The notes beneath the pieces were generated by a model. The model did no database searches. It worked only from the letters and a program-made list of their open reading frames with translations, and was not told the DNA's origin. 35,905 bases of DNA, taken from NCBI GenBank assembly GCA_002796025.1, contig PCVQ01000026.1, forward strand, positions 1 through 35,905, read 5' to 3'. The DNA comes from Candidatus Peregrinibacteria bacterium CG11_big_fil_rev_8_21_14_0_20_46_8. GTDB taxonomy: Bacteria > Patescibacteriota > Gracilibacteria > UBA1369 > UM-FILTER-53-11. Position 1 is the first letter of the stretch. Each line of letters begins with the position of its first letter. Below, piece by piece: positions 16,386-24,313 of this stretch. A program made the translations under genes and the position numbers.

Positions 16386-17242
16386 AACGCCTCGTATGTT
16401 ACCACTTTTTGCTCTAAATATGCGCTCAAAGCCTCTTTCCAGTTGCGCAACTTTGGCAATTTGTTGTTTTGTAATATTGAATAGCGGGGTCGGCGCGCCT
16501 TTGTAGCAAAATCGGCCGATTTTGCAGGTATCACACGCACTGGCAGACCAAGCATGTCGAAGCTTGTTTTTGCCAATTCATAGCGGCTACAGAAGCCGTC
16601 ATTAGCAAGATGATAGGTACCAAATGGATATTGGCCTTCAAAAAATGGGAGCAATCCCTCAGCGAGATCGTCAACGAACGTGGGGCAGCCGATCTGGTCG
16701 TCGACAATCCGAATTTCGTTTTTACCCTTGGAACCATCAATAACCCGGTCTACACAGTTATTTTTACGCGCAGCTCCATAGAGCCACGCTGTTCGCACAA
16801 TATAGTGCTGCGGCAAATACCTGCGAATCTCTTCTTCTCCTCCAAGCTTTGTTTTGCCATAGATATTTATGGGCCCGGTTACATCATCCTCAGCGTATCC
16901 CTCTACTTTTTCACCATCAAAGACGTAGTCGGTACTTATATGCAGTAAAGGCGCAGATGATGAGTCCGCTGCAAGAATTTGAGCAATATTTCGTGGTCCA
17001 ATAACATTGCCGGCATAGGCCGCTTCTTGTTCTTCTTCTGCACGCTCAACATCGATATATGCCGCGCAATTTATTACGAAATCAGGCTTATAGCCTGCGA
17101 TATAGGCTTTTAACTGTTTTTCATTTATAATGTCGCACTCGCTATGAGTTGGAGTAAGAAGCGTATAGGATTTACCGTCTTTCAAACGATGCGTGATCGC
17201 TTGCCCCAATAAACCGGCAGCACCCAAAATAAGTATTTTCAC
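16382..17242 (-). CDS. rfbD: dTDP-4-dehydrorhamnose reductase (RmlD-type)
   Basis: VKILILGAAGLLGQAI is a Rossmann GxxGxxG motif, and YGKTKLGGEE is the YxxxK motif. The protein has RmlD length (287 aa) if it starts at GTG 17242. The 338-aa ORF in the track adds a non-homologous extension that would overlap the divergent gene. Confidence 0.85.
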   Translation of the reverse strand: MKILILGAAGLLGQAITHRLKDGKSYTLLTPTHSECDIINEKQLKAYIAGYKPDFVINCAAYIDVERAEEEQEAAYAGNVIGPRNIAQILAADSSSAPLLHISTDYVFDGEKVEGYAEDDVTGPINIYGKTKLGGEEEIRRYLPQHYIVRTAWLYGAARKNNCVDRVIDGSKGKNEIRIVDDQIGCPTFVDDLAEGLLPFFEGQYPFGTYHLANDGFCSRYELAKTSFDMLGLPVRVIPAKSADFATKARRPRYSILQNNKLPKLRNWKEALSAYLEQKVVTYEAL

Positions 17243-17276
17243 GGCAAAACTATACTGATAATTACCAAAGCATACA

Positions 17277-17960
17277 ATGAGTGAAATCGTACTGATGAGT
17301 GGAGGATATTTCCCTCCACATGGAAAAGAAAAAATTTGTAGAGCGCTTCGAATGGAAGCTCCGGATATTATTCTAGTGCAAGGATCTGCAGCACTCACAG
17401 CCCAGCGTGAGCTTTATTTGGAGAAAATTAACGAGGCGCTTGAAAGACGTTTAGTGCCACCGGAAGCGGAACGTCTTATTAAAAATCAATTTAAAAGGAA
17501 AAATTATGAATGGCCCGGTGTTGAGCGATATAGAGTAGATCATCCTGAAGTTAGGATTGATTGTTTTAATGATGATGAGGGTAATAGACTTTCACCTGAT
17601 CAAATTAGTACAAATGCTTGTGCAGAAGTTATAAAAACATTAACTAACTTTCCCCGCATTGAAGATCTCTATATGAGGCAGCATGAGTTTGATGAAGAAC
17701 GCGCAAGAATCATAGCGGAACTGCGAAAAGTTCTTGATACAGACGCTGAATCTTCTATGCTGCCGAAGGGGCATATTTTTAATGAGCGGGGAGTTCTGAC
17801 TATGGAGGCAAGATTGCGGCAAGAAGCGGAACAAGCTCCTGATGCAAAGATAATAGCGATTATCGATATAATGCAGGCACTTTTACATAAAAAAAGAAAA
17901 AATCTTTGGTCTCGCATCCAAGATCTTAAGCCACGGCGTGTGCTACTGCTTGATAATTAG
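17277..17960 (+). CDS. hypothetical protein (227 aa)
   Basis: Open frame with a normal amino-acid composition (charged, helical C-half). No recognisable motif. The 3' end overlaps the proS 3' end by 18 nt (convergent). Confidence 0.6.
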   Translation: MSEIVLMSGGYFPPHGKEKICRALRMEAPDIILVQGSAALTAQRELYLEKINEALERRLVPPEAERLIKNQFKRKNYEWPGVERYRVDHPEVRIDCFNDDEGNRLSPDQISTNACAEVIKTLTNFPRIEDLYMRQHEFDEERARIIAELRKVLDTDAESSMLPKGHIFNERGVLTMEARLRQEAEQAPDAKIIAIIDIMQALLHKKRKNLWSRIQDLKPRRVLLLDN

Positions 17961-19622
17961 CTTTTCAAGCTCATCAACAGAAATAACATTTGACTCTTTT
18001 TCGGTGCGAGCTTTTACTTCGACACCGCCCTTTTCGAGCGATTTTTTGCTGACAATAACACGCAATGGAATACCGATAAGATCCGCGTCATTGAGTTTTT
18101 TACCGGTAGATTCGTCGCGGTCATCATAGAGAACTTCCACGCCGTCTGTCTGCAACTCTTTGTAAAGTTTATCCGCCTGAGCGCGAGCGTCATCATCATT
18201 TCCGAGAGTTAATAAATGCACTTGAAATGGCGCCACACTCTCCGGCCAAATTATTCCCTTTTCGTCGTGGCTCGCCTCTACAACTGTGCCTACTAAACGA
18301 GTCACACCAATGCCGTAACATCCCATAGTTGGATATTTTTGCTTGCCGTCTTTGTCAGTAAATTTAACATCAAAAGCTTCTGTGTACTTTGTGCCGAGTG
18401 TAAAGATATTGCCGACTTCTATTACGCGCTCTTCAGTCAGTGCACCGCCGTCATTTGGGCAGGTGAGGGGAAGATCGGCAAGGTGCAAAAACTCCTTCAC
18501 TTGAAAATCACGGCCAAGATTCGCATTTTTATAATCCTTGTGAAGCTCATTCGCACCGGTCGAAAAATTCTTCACATACTTAATTGAATGATCGGCAATA
18601 AATGGAATTTGTGCACCAATAGGTGAGATAAATCCCGGCACAAGTCCCGCCTCTTTTAAATCTTCTGCCGTTGCGCCGCGAATCTTTTCTTTAAGATTTT
18701 GCTCTAAGCGTTTAGTGTCTACTTTCAAATCTCCCCGAATACACACCCCCAACAAGCCGCCGTTCACTTTATAAATAACACTTTTCAAAACTTTCCACTC
18801 TGGTACAACGTGCAGATCAGCGCTTGCCTTTATATCCGGCTCACGTACTGCATCGATCTTTTCGAGCGGCTTTTCTTCTTCGTCCGCTCCTTTTGGCGCC
18901 TCAATCCGGGCCTCTGCTATTTCTAGGTTTTGCGCAAAGGAGCATTTTTCACACAGCAGCATAGTATCTTCACCGCTCATTGTTTTTACTACAAATTCGT
19001 GTGAGATATTGTCTGAAAATGCACCGCCGCTTGCCTCGATCATGTACGCCTCTAAGCCGCAGCGTTTAAAGACATTAAAATAGGCGACTTTTGACTGCTC
19101 ATAGAATTTTTGAAAATCCTCGTCGTCTACATGATAGCTGTACATATCTTTCATCATGAACTCACGGCCGCGGAGCACGCCGGCTTTTGCGCGGGCCTCA
19201 TTTCTAAACTTGAGCTGAATATGATAGGGCGCGTAAGGAAGATCTTTATAGGAGTTAATAATTTGCTGAGCAAGTACCATGAGTGGCTCCTCGTGGCTTG
19301 GCGCCAAGACAAATTCGTGGCCGCCCGCGCCTTCGGTACGGTATAAGACATCGTCTATGGTTTCATCGCGACCGGTCTGCTTCCAAATCTCAACCGGATT
19401 TAAAACCGGCATGAGAATCTGCTGGCCGCCGATTGCATTCATCTCTTCTTGGATGATCTTCTTGATTTTCTCTAGCACACGAAAACCGAGCGGCAAGTAC
19501 TGGTAAATACCGGCAGCAAGACGGTCCACAAAGCCGCCCTGCGTCAAAAAACGCGCATTCGGACTGTCTGCATCCGCTGGAGCCGTCTTCTTTGTTTTAC
19601 CGAAAAGTTGGGAGTAACGCAT
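17943..19622 (-). CDS. proS: proline--tRNA ligase (bacterial type)
   Basis: MRYSQLFGKTKKTAPADADSPNARFLTQGGFVDRLAAGIYQYLPLGFRVLEKI matches the canonical ProRS N-terminus. The class II motifs and the C-terminal anticodon-binding domain are present. The start is set at ATG 19622, not at the GTG 19673 implied by the track. Confidence 0.93.
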   Translation of the reverse strand: MRYSQLFGKTKKTAPADADSPNARFLTQGGFVDRLAAGIYQYLPLGFRVLEKIKKIIQEEMNAIGGQQILMPVLNPVEIWKQTGRDETIDDVLYRTEGAGGHEFVLAPSHEEPLMVLAQQIINSYKDLPYAPYHIQLKFRNEARAKAGVLRGREFMMKDMYSYHVDDEDFQKFYEQSKVAYFNVFKRCGLEAYMIEASGGAFSDNISHEFVVKTMSGEDTMLLCEKCSFAQNLEIAEARIEAPKGADEEEKPLEKIDAVREPDIKASADLHVVPEWKVLKSVIYKVNGGLLGVCIRGDLKVDTKRLEQNLKEKIRGATAEDLKEAGLVPGFISPIGAQIPFIADHSIKYVKNFSTGANELHKDYKNANLGRDFQVKEFLHLADLPLTCPNDGGALTEERVIEVGNIFTLGTKYTEAFDVKFTDKDGKQKYPTMGCYGIGVTRLVGTVVEASHDEKGIIWPESVAPFQVHLLTLGNDDDARAQADKLYKELQTDGVEVLYDDRDESTGKKLNDADLIGIPLRVIVSKKSLEKGGVEVKARTEKESNVISVDELEKLIIKQ

Positions 19623-19643
19623 CGCAGGGGATTTTAGCATATA

Positions 19644-19684
19644 TGCGGAACAGGATGAAATCATGTTCCGCACTTTCTTTTTGG
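19644..19684 (+). terminator. strong hairpin plus T-tract in the proS leader / upstream of ORF 19742 (orientation ambiguous)
   Basis: TGCGGAACA (19644-19652), an 11-nt loop, TGTTCCGCA (19664-19672), then CTTTCTTTTTGG on the plus strand. On the minus strand the same hairpin sits 22 nt upstream of the proS ATG. Confidence 0.35.
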
Positions 19685-19741
19685 TTGCCTTCTGAGAAAT
19701 ATCTAGTTAAGATTTTGACTTAATTAGTAATTATTATATTT

Positions 19742-20182
19742 ATGAAAAGTCCAGCTAGTGGAGAAGTCGCGGCCGCAATACACAAATTAGCCGATGCAGC
19801 TGATGAAGAGCTGTTTACAAAAATCGCGAGCCCAGAACTTAAAGCATGGCTGGCAGACGCTAATAACGCGGACGATGCAGTATGTCCTCAAAAGATCATC
19901 GTGACATTTAAATATTCAGCACCGCAAGTCGATCTCATGGCATCACGCGCAGAGCACGATCAACAACTGCGTACTTCGTTTGTTGCATTTCTTAATAAAA
20001 TTGGCATCCCAATAGATGAAAAGGAGACATCATGGTTAGCAAAATCAATTTGTGGGACATTTACCCGGCAAGAACTTTTTGAATTATCACAAAATCCAAA
20101 CGTGGTACGCATTGCTATAAGCGCGCCGCTTATAGCAGGTGGTACCGCAGAAAAAATAGAAGGGGATTTAAGAAGTGACTAA
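19742..20182 (+). CDS. hypothetical protein (146 aa), with a possible subtilisin-propeptide (inhibitor I9)-like fold
   Basis: The ORF has a plausible composition. The pattern KIIVTFKYS....(helix)....ICGTFTRQELFELSQNPNVVRIAISAPL resembles the beta-alpha-beta-beta-alpha-beta I9 layout. This is a weak call made by eye only. Confidence 0.55.
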   Translation: MKSPASGEVAAAIHKLADAADEELFTKIASPELKAWLADANNADDAVCPQKIIVTFKYSAPQVDLMASRAEHDQQLRTSFVAFLNKIGIPIDEKETSWLAKSICGTFTRQELFELSQNPNVVRIAISAPLIAGGTAEKIEGDLRSD

Positions 20183-20632
20183 ATAGCGTTTGCCCTTAAG
20201 GGCATCGTGCACATCGATGTTTAGTTCAAGTATTTTTGAAGGATGCAGCATTTTGGGAGAACTGCCATCCGAAGATATTTCTGCAATTTCACGGAGCACC
20301 TCAATTGGATTTCTTTGTGAAGCATCGGGAAATACTACAAGCATAAAGACAGGATGGGACGAGGAGCGGTCTAGTACCTCTTTAACTGCCTCTTCAGAAA
20401 TCCTCTCATCTTCGTGAGAAAGTAAAGTCAATGTGCAGCCAGTTTCTTGCACTTGGCGCCTCCAAAGCAAATCGCCTTTCACGCATAAGTCGAGGGCAAA
20501 GATCATGCAAGCTCTGCCTGAGAATTCGCGTTTTTCTGGGCCTGCAACAGAAGTGTTATTCCCGACTTCAGGCTCATGAGTTGTTTGTTCTAGTCTATCT
20601 GAAAGTTCCATATGACCAAAAATATACACCAA
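20168..20632 (-). CDS. hypothetical protein (154 aa), possibly a degenerate CheY-like receiver fold
   Basis: It lies 21 nt downstream of rfbB on the same strand. The pattern ACMIFALD...GCTLTLLS...PVFMLVVFPD...NPIEVLREI...KMLHPS...ALKGKRYLV follows the beta/alpha alternation of a receiver domain, but the canonical acidic pocket is not intact. An alternative start is at 20611 (MELSD). Confidence 0.5.
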   Translation of the reverse strand: MVYIFGHMELSDRLEQTTHEPEVGNNTSVAGPEKREFSGRACMIFALDLCVKGDLLWRRQVQETGCTLTLLSHEDERISEEAVKEVLDRSSSHPVFMLVVFPDASQRNPIEVLREIAEISSDGSSPKMLHPSKILELNIDVHDALKGKRYLVTS

Positions 20633-20653
20633 TTACAAATTCGGTCAATATTT

Positions 20654-21688
20654 CTATACTCTACTGCGTTCACCCGCCCACCAATCTGCTGCACGCTTAA
20701 TTGCAGCAGAACTCCATTCGCGGTTCTGATTGTACCACTCGAAAGTTCTCTTAATGCCTTCTTCAAATTGGAGCGATGGCTGCCAGCCAAGTTCGCGCTC
20801 AATTTTGCTGGCGTCTATTGCATACCGCCGGTCATGCGCGAGACGGTCTTCAACATACTGAATAAGCGAATCCGGTTTGCCTAAAAAGGTAAGGATGCGT
20901 TCAGCAATTTCACGATTGCGCTTCTCGTTATTGCCGCCGATGTTATAAATTTCCCCGGCAGACGCCTTTTGTACCACAAGATCAATCGCCTCGCAGTGGT
21001 CGGTTACATACAACCAGTCGCGGATATTCATCCCGTCGCCGTAGAGCGGCAGCGGCTTACCGCTTTCTGCAAGGGTAAAAAAGTAGGGGATTAGTTTTTC
21101 CGGATACTGGTAGGGACCATAATTGTTGCTGCATCGGGTAATCGTATTGTGCATACCGTATGTCTCAAAGTACGAGCGAACCAAGAGATCGGCGGCGGCT
21201 TTACTTGCAGCATAGGGACAATTGGGAGCAATCTGACTCTCTTCTGTAAAATAATCCTGAGAATCATCGCCAAGGTCACCATAGACTTCATCGGTAGAAA
21301 CTTGATGAAAGCGCGGTATACCAAAGTGGCGCGCGGCATCCAGCAGGTTGTGCGTACCTACAATGTTTGTCTGCACAAAAATCGAAGAATCTAAATTTGA
21401 ACGGTCTACGTGCGTCTCTGCCGCAAAATTAATAATACAGTCAATTGGTGCTCCGCTCTCTTTTTGCTCTTTTACAAGATTAAAAACAAACTCTTTGTCG
21501 GCAATATCACCATGAAAAAACTGAACACGATCTGCATCGATGAACGTTTGAATATTTTCTAAATTGCCTGCATAGGTGAGCTTATCGAGAACTAAAATCG
21601 CGGTCTCGGGATAGCGCTGTGCAATTAAGTGCACATAATTGCTTCCAATAAATCCCGCGCCGCCGGTAACCAAAATTTTCTTATGCAT
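20654..21688 (-). CDS. rfbB: dTDP-glucose 4,6-dehydratase
   Basis: MHKKILVTGGAGFIGSNYV, the catalytic YAASKAAADLLVRSY and the C-terminal DRRYAIDASKIERELGW are all present. The start is set at ATG 21688, which overlaps the stop of the upstream cupin gene by 8 nt (ATGCATAA). Confidence 0.93.
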   Translation of the reverse strand: MHKKILVTGGAGFIGSNYVHLIAQRYPETAILVLDKLTYAGNLENIQTFIDADRVQFFHGDIADKEFVFNLVKEQKESGAPIDCIINFAAETHVDRSNLDSSIFVQTNIVGTHNLLDAARHFGIPRFHQVSTDEVYGDLGDDSQDYFTEESQIAPNCPYAASKAAADLLVRSYFETYGMHNTITRCSNNYGPYQYPEKLIPYFFTLAESGKPLPLYGDGMNIRDWLYVTDHCEAIDLVVQKASAGEIYNIGGNNEKRNREIAERILTFLGKPDSLIQYVEDRLAHDRRYAIDASKIERELGWQPSLQFEEGIKRTFEWYNQNREWSSAAIKRAADWWAGERSRV

Positions 21689-22085
21689 TTTTAGAATTGA
21701 TAAAATCCTGGAGCTCCATAATATATCCTTTTGTGCCGTTGTAAACCGTAGAAGAGATAGCCAGCATAATGGCATCCGGGCTAAATTCATCAAATTCGTG
21801 CCAGATCATTTTATCGGTATAGAGCGCCTGGCCCGGCTGATTCATAGCAAAAGTATGCCATGCCGCACCATCATGAATCCGCGCTGAAAATGAGCCCGCA
21901 ATACAAACAAAAACCTCTTGCTCCTCAGTATGAGCATGGCCGCCGCGCAGCTCCTTTACATCGTATATAAAGTACATGCGCCTGGGAGAAAAGGGGAGTG
22001 AGGAAAATTCAATAGGACAAAGCGCGCCTTTTTGATCTACATGCACCGATAGATTCCAAAATGTATACTCTGGCAAATTTGACAT
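21681..22085 (-). CDS. FdtA/QdtA-family (WxcM-like cupin) dTDP-4-keto-6-deoxyglucose 3,4-ketoisomerase
   Basis: 134 aa. LPFSPRRMYFIYDVKELRGGHAHTEEQEVFVCIAGSFSARIHDG and ALYTDKMIWHEFDEFSPDAIMLAISSTVYNGTKGYI align by eye to FdtA (..IKRVYYIFD...RGFHAHKKLEQVLVCLNGS.. / ..GLYVGPAVWHEMHDFS..). The protein is too short for RmlC and has the wrong motifs for it. Confidence 0.8.
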   Translation of the reverse strand: MSNLPEYTFWNLSVHVDQKGALCPIEFSSLPFSPRRMYFIYDVKELRGGHAHTEEQEVFVCIAGSFSARIHDGAAWHTFAMNQPGQALYTDKMIWHEFDEFSPDAIMLAISSTVYNGTKGYIMELQDFINSKNA

Positions 22086-22091
22086 GGTGCA

Positions 22092-24230
22092 CTATGTTAC
22101 CGTCTTTTCACGATGCTCTTCTTTCCACGATTCCAATATATCACCAACTTCGAGCTGCACTTTGCCTTCATACTTCACACCGCACTCGCCACCCTCTTTC
22201 ATCTCCTTTACTTGATCTTTATTGTGGCGCAGTGATTCCAAGAATCCTTCGCCAATCAACTCGTTATTGCGGTACACCCGCATACGCGTCTTTGCTTGCA
22301 GTAGTCCGTTCGTCACCTTGCAGCCGACAATCATATACTTTTTCTCGGTCAAGAAGACTTGCTTTACAAGTGCCTTTCCAAGGCTGACCTCCACAACTTC
22401 GGGGTCGAGCAATCCAGAAAGCAACTTTTTGATGACATCTATTAATTCATAAATAACTTGATAGATTTGAATCTGAACACCCTGCCGGTCTGCAACATCC
22501 TTAACATGCGCATTTGCCAGCACATGAAATCCTATAAGTACTGCATTTGCCGCCTGCGCCATTCGTACATCGCTCTCGGTAATTTCTCCCACCCCAGAGT
22601 GAATAACCTGCGTTGTTACCTCTTCATGTTCGATTTTGGCGAGCGACTGTTTAATCGCCTCGAGCGAACCCAAGGTATCCGCTTTTAAGACAACTTTTAA
22701 CTGCTTCATCTTACCCATGCGTATTGCATTGATAATCTTGCTCATACTATTTGCTGCAACCGTTGAGTCTTCTTTTTTTCTCATCAATTCGATGGCTTCA
22801 GATTTTTTGCGTGCAGCTTCAAGGTTTGGAACCACTTGCAACACATCGCCAACGTGAGGCGTTGCATCTAAACCGGCGATACGCACGGGCTGTGATGGTC
22901 CGGCTTCTTTGAGCGCCTGTTTTTTATGATCGTGCATGGTCTTTACCCGCCCCCATGTATCACCAACCACAAAGGGGTCTTGAATACGCAGGGTTCCGGT
23001 ATTTACTAAAATCGTTGCAACCGGTCCGAGACTCTTATCTAAATGTGACTCAACAACGGTTCCTACTGCAGGGCGATTTGGATTTGCCTTTAAATCTTCA
23101 ACATCTGCAGTAAGCAAGATCATATCGAGAAGATCTTGAATGCCCTCACCAGTTAATGCAGAAACTGGAACCATGATTGTTTTGCCTCCCCAATCTTCAG
23201 GCTGCAGCTCGTGCTCTGCCAACTGCGCCTTTACACGATCCGGCTGGGCACCCTCTTTATCCATTTTATTAATTGCAACGATAATAGGCACTTCGGCATC
23301 CTTTGCGTGGTTCATCGCCTCGATTGTTTGTGGTTTTACACCGTCATCTGCCGCTACCACCAAAACTGCAATATCCGTTACCTTCGCACCTCTCGCGCGC
23401 ATTTCGGTAAAGGCCTCGTGCCCGGGTGTATCGATAAAGGTAATCTTTTTTCCATCTTTCTCAATTTGATACGCACCAATGTGCTGGGTAATACCCCCGG
23501 ATTCTGTAGAAACCACATTTGCTTCACGAATTGCATCCAAAATACTGGTCTTACCGTGGTCAACGTGGCCCATAACGGTAACAATCGGCGGGCGTAACTG
23601 CAAAAGTTCGGCATCGTCCTCTTTAATAAGAGACTCCAAATTACCGGCTGAAATATCTTCGACCTTCGCCTCACTGCGCTTCCGCTTTAATTTAATGCCG
23701 TTATCGTCGGCAATAATCGATGCCGTTTCAAAGTCGATAACCTGGTTAATGTTCGCAAGGATTCCGTTCTTCATCAACTCACCGATGATTTTAATTGGAT
23801 TGAGTCCTGTCTTCTCGGAAAACTCTTTAACCGTAATAGCATCACCAATCTCGACCTCACCGGTAGCAATACGACGCTGCTCTTCTTTTTGAGTATGCTG
23901 CTTCTTTGGGGCAACTTTTTTACCTGCAGTCTGCTTACGCTGCGCTTTAACAACTTCGCGCTCAAGCTCTTCGGACATCATGTCATCATAGGCATCGGCA
24001 GTATCTTTGGGGCTCGCATCAGAGAGATCATCGATAGGCGGCGGAGACTCTTCAGAGCCATCCGGCTCGGCACTTTGTCCTCCAAAGCTTTCTTCGAGCT
24101 TCATGGCAATAGTATCTTCGAGCGTGCGCGCGCGCGGCTTTATCTCAAAACCCAGCTCGTGCGCTTTCTTCTTCAGTTCATCAGGGGAAACGCCTAGTTT
24201 TTCGCTTAAATCAGCGAGTTTTACAGTCAT
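22092..24230 (-). CDS. infB: translation initiation factor IF-2
   Basis: The G-domain motifs are [27 protein letters not shown] and NKMDK. The C-terminal IF-2 domains are present and the N-region is acidic/basic. 712 aa. Confidence 0.95.
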   Translation of the reverse strand: MTVKLADLSEKLGVSPDELKKKAHELGFEIKPRARTLEDTIAMKLEESFGGQSAEPDGSEESPPPIDDLSDASPKDTADAYDDMMSEELEREVVKAQRKQTAGKKVAPKKQHTQKEEQRRIATGEVEIGDAITVKEFSEKTGLNPIKIIGELMKNGILANINQVIDFETASIIADDNGIKLKRKRSEAKVEDISAGNLESLIKEDDAELLQLRPPIVTVMGHVDHGKTSILDAIREANVVSTESGGITQHIGAYQIEKDGKKITFIDTPGHEAFTEMRARGAKVTDIAVLVVAADDGVKPQTIEAMNHAKDAEVPIIVAINKMDKEGAQPDRVKAQLAEHELQPEDWGGKTIMVPVSALTGEGIQDLLDMILLTADVEDLKANPNRPAVGTVVESHLDKSLGPVATILVNTGTLRIQDPFVVGDTWGRVKTMHDHKKQALKEAGPSQPVRIAGLDATPHVGDVLQVVPNLEAARKKSEAIELMRKKEDSTVAANSMSKIINAIRMGKMKQLKVVLKADTLGSLEAIKQSLAKIEHEEVTTQVIHSGVGEITESDVRMAQAANAVLIGFHVLANAHVKDVADRQGVQIQIYQVIYELIDVIKKLLSGLLDPEVVEVSLGKALVKQVFLTEKKYMIVGCKVTNGLLQAKTRMRVYRNNELIGEGFLESLRHNKDQVKEMKEGGECGVKYEGKVQLEVGDILESWKEEHREKTVT

Positions 24231-24296
24231 AGCGGAGCCAGTTTATCTGAAACACTAAAGTTTCGCAACCATGCAGCTTATTTGGCAAATCATATC

Positions 24297-24305
24297 TGCT
24301 ATAAT
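24297..24305 (+). promoter_or_regulatory. extended -10 promoter element 8 nt upstream of the helicase ATG
   Basis: TGCTATAAT at 24297-24305, ATG at 24314, no SD in between. This predicts a leaderless or near-leaderless mRNA. Confidence 0.4.
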
Positions 24306-24313
24306 CAGCTCCA

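Noticed and set aside
16382-17398. The 338-aa version of the rfbD ORF from the track, and similarly the N-terminal extensions of rfbB (to 21793), proS (to 19673) and the pyruvyl transferase (from 10562).
   Set aside because: The extensions precede the conserved family N-termini (KILILGAAG, KKILVTGGAGFIG, MRYSQLF, MRITIVGNFG). They would overlap neighbouring genes or promoters. The internal starts give canonical protein lengths.
19623-19741. T-box riboswitch upstream of proS.
   Set aside because: The leader is only about 120 nt. It lacks the conserved T-box sequence and the specifier-loop architecture. Only one simple hairpin is present.
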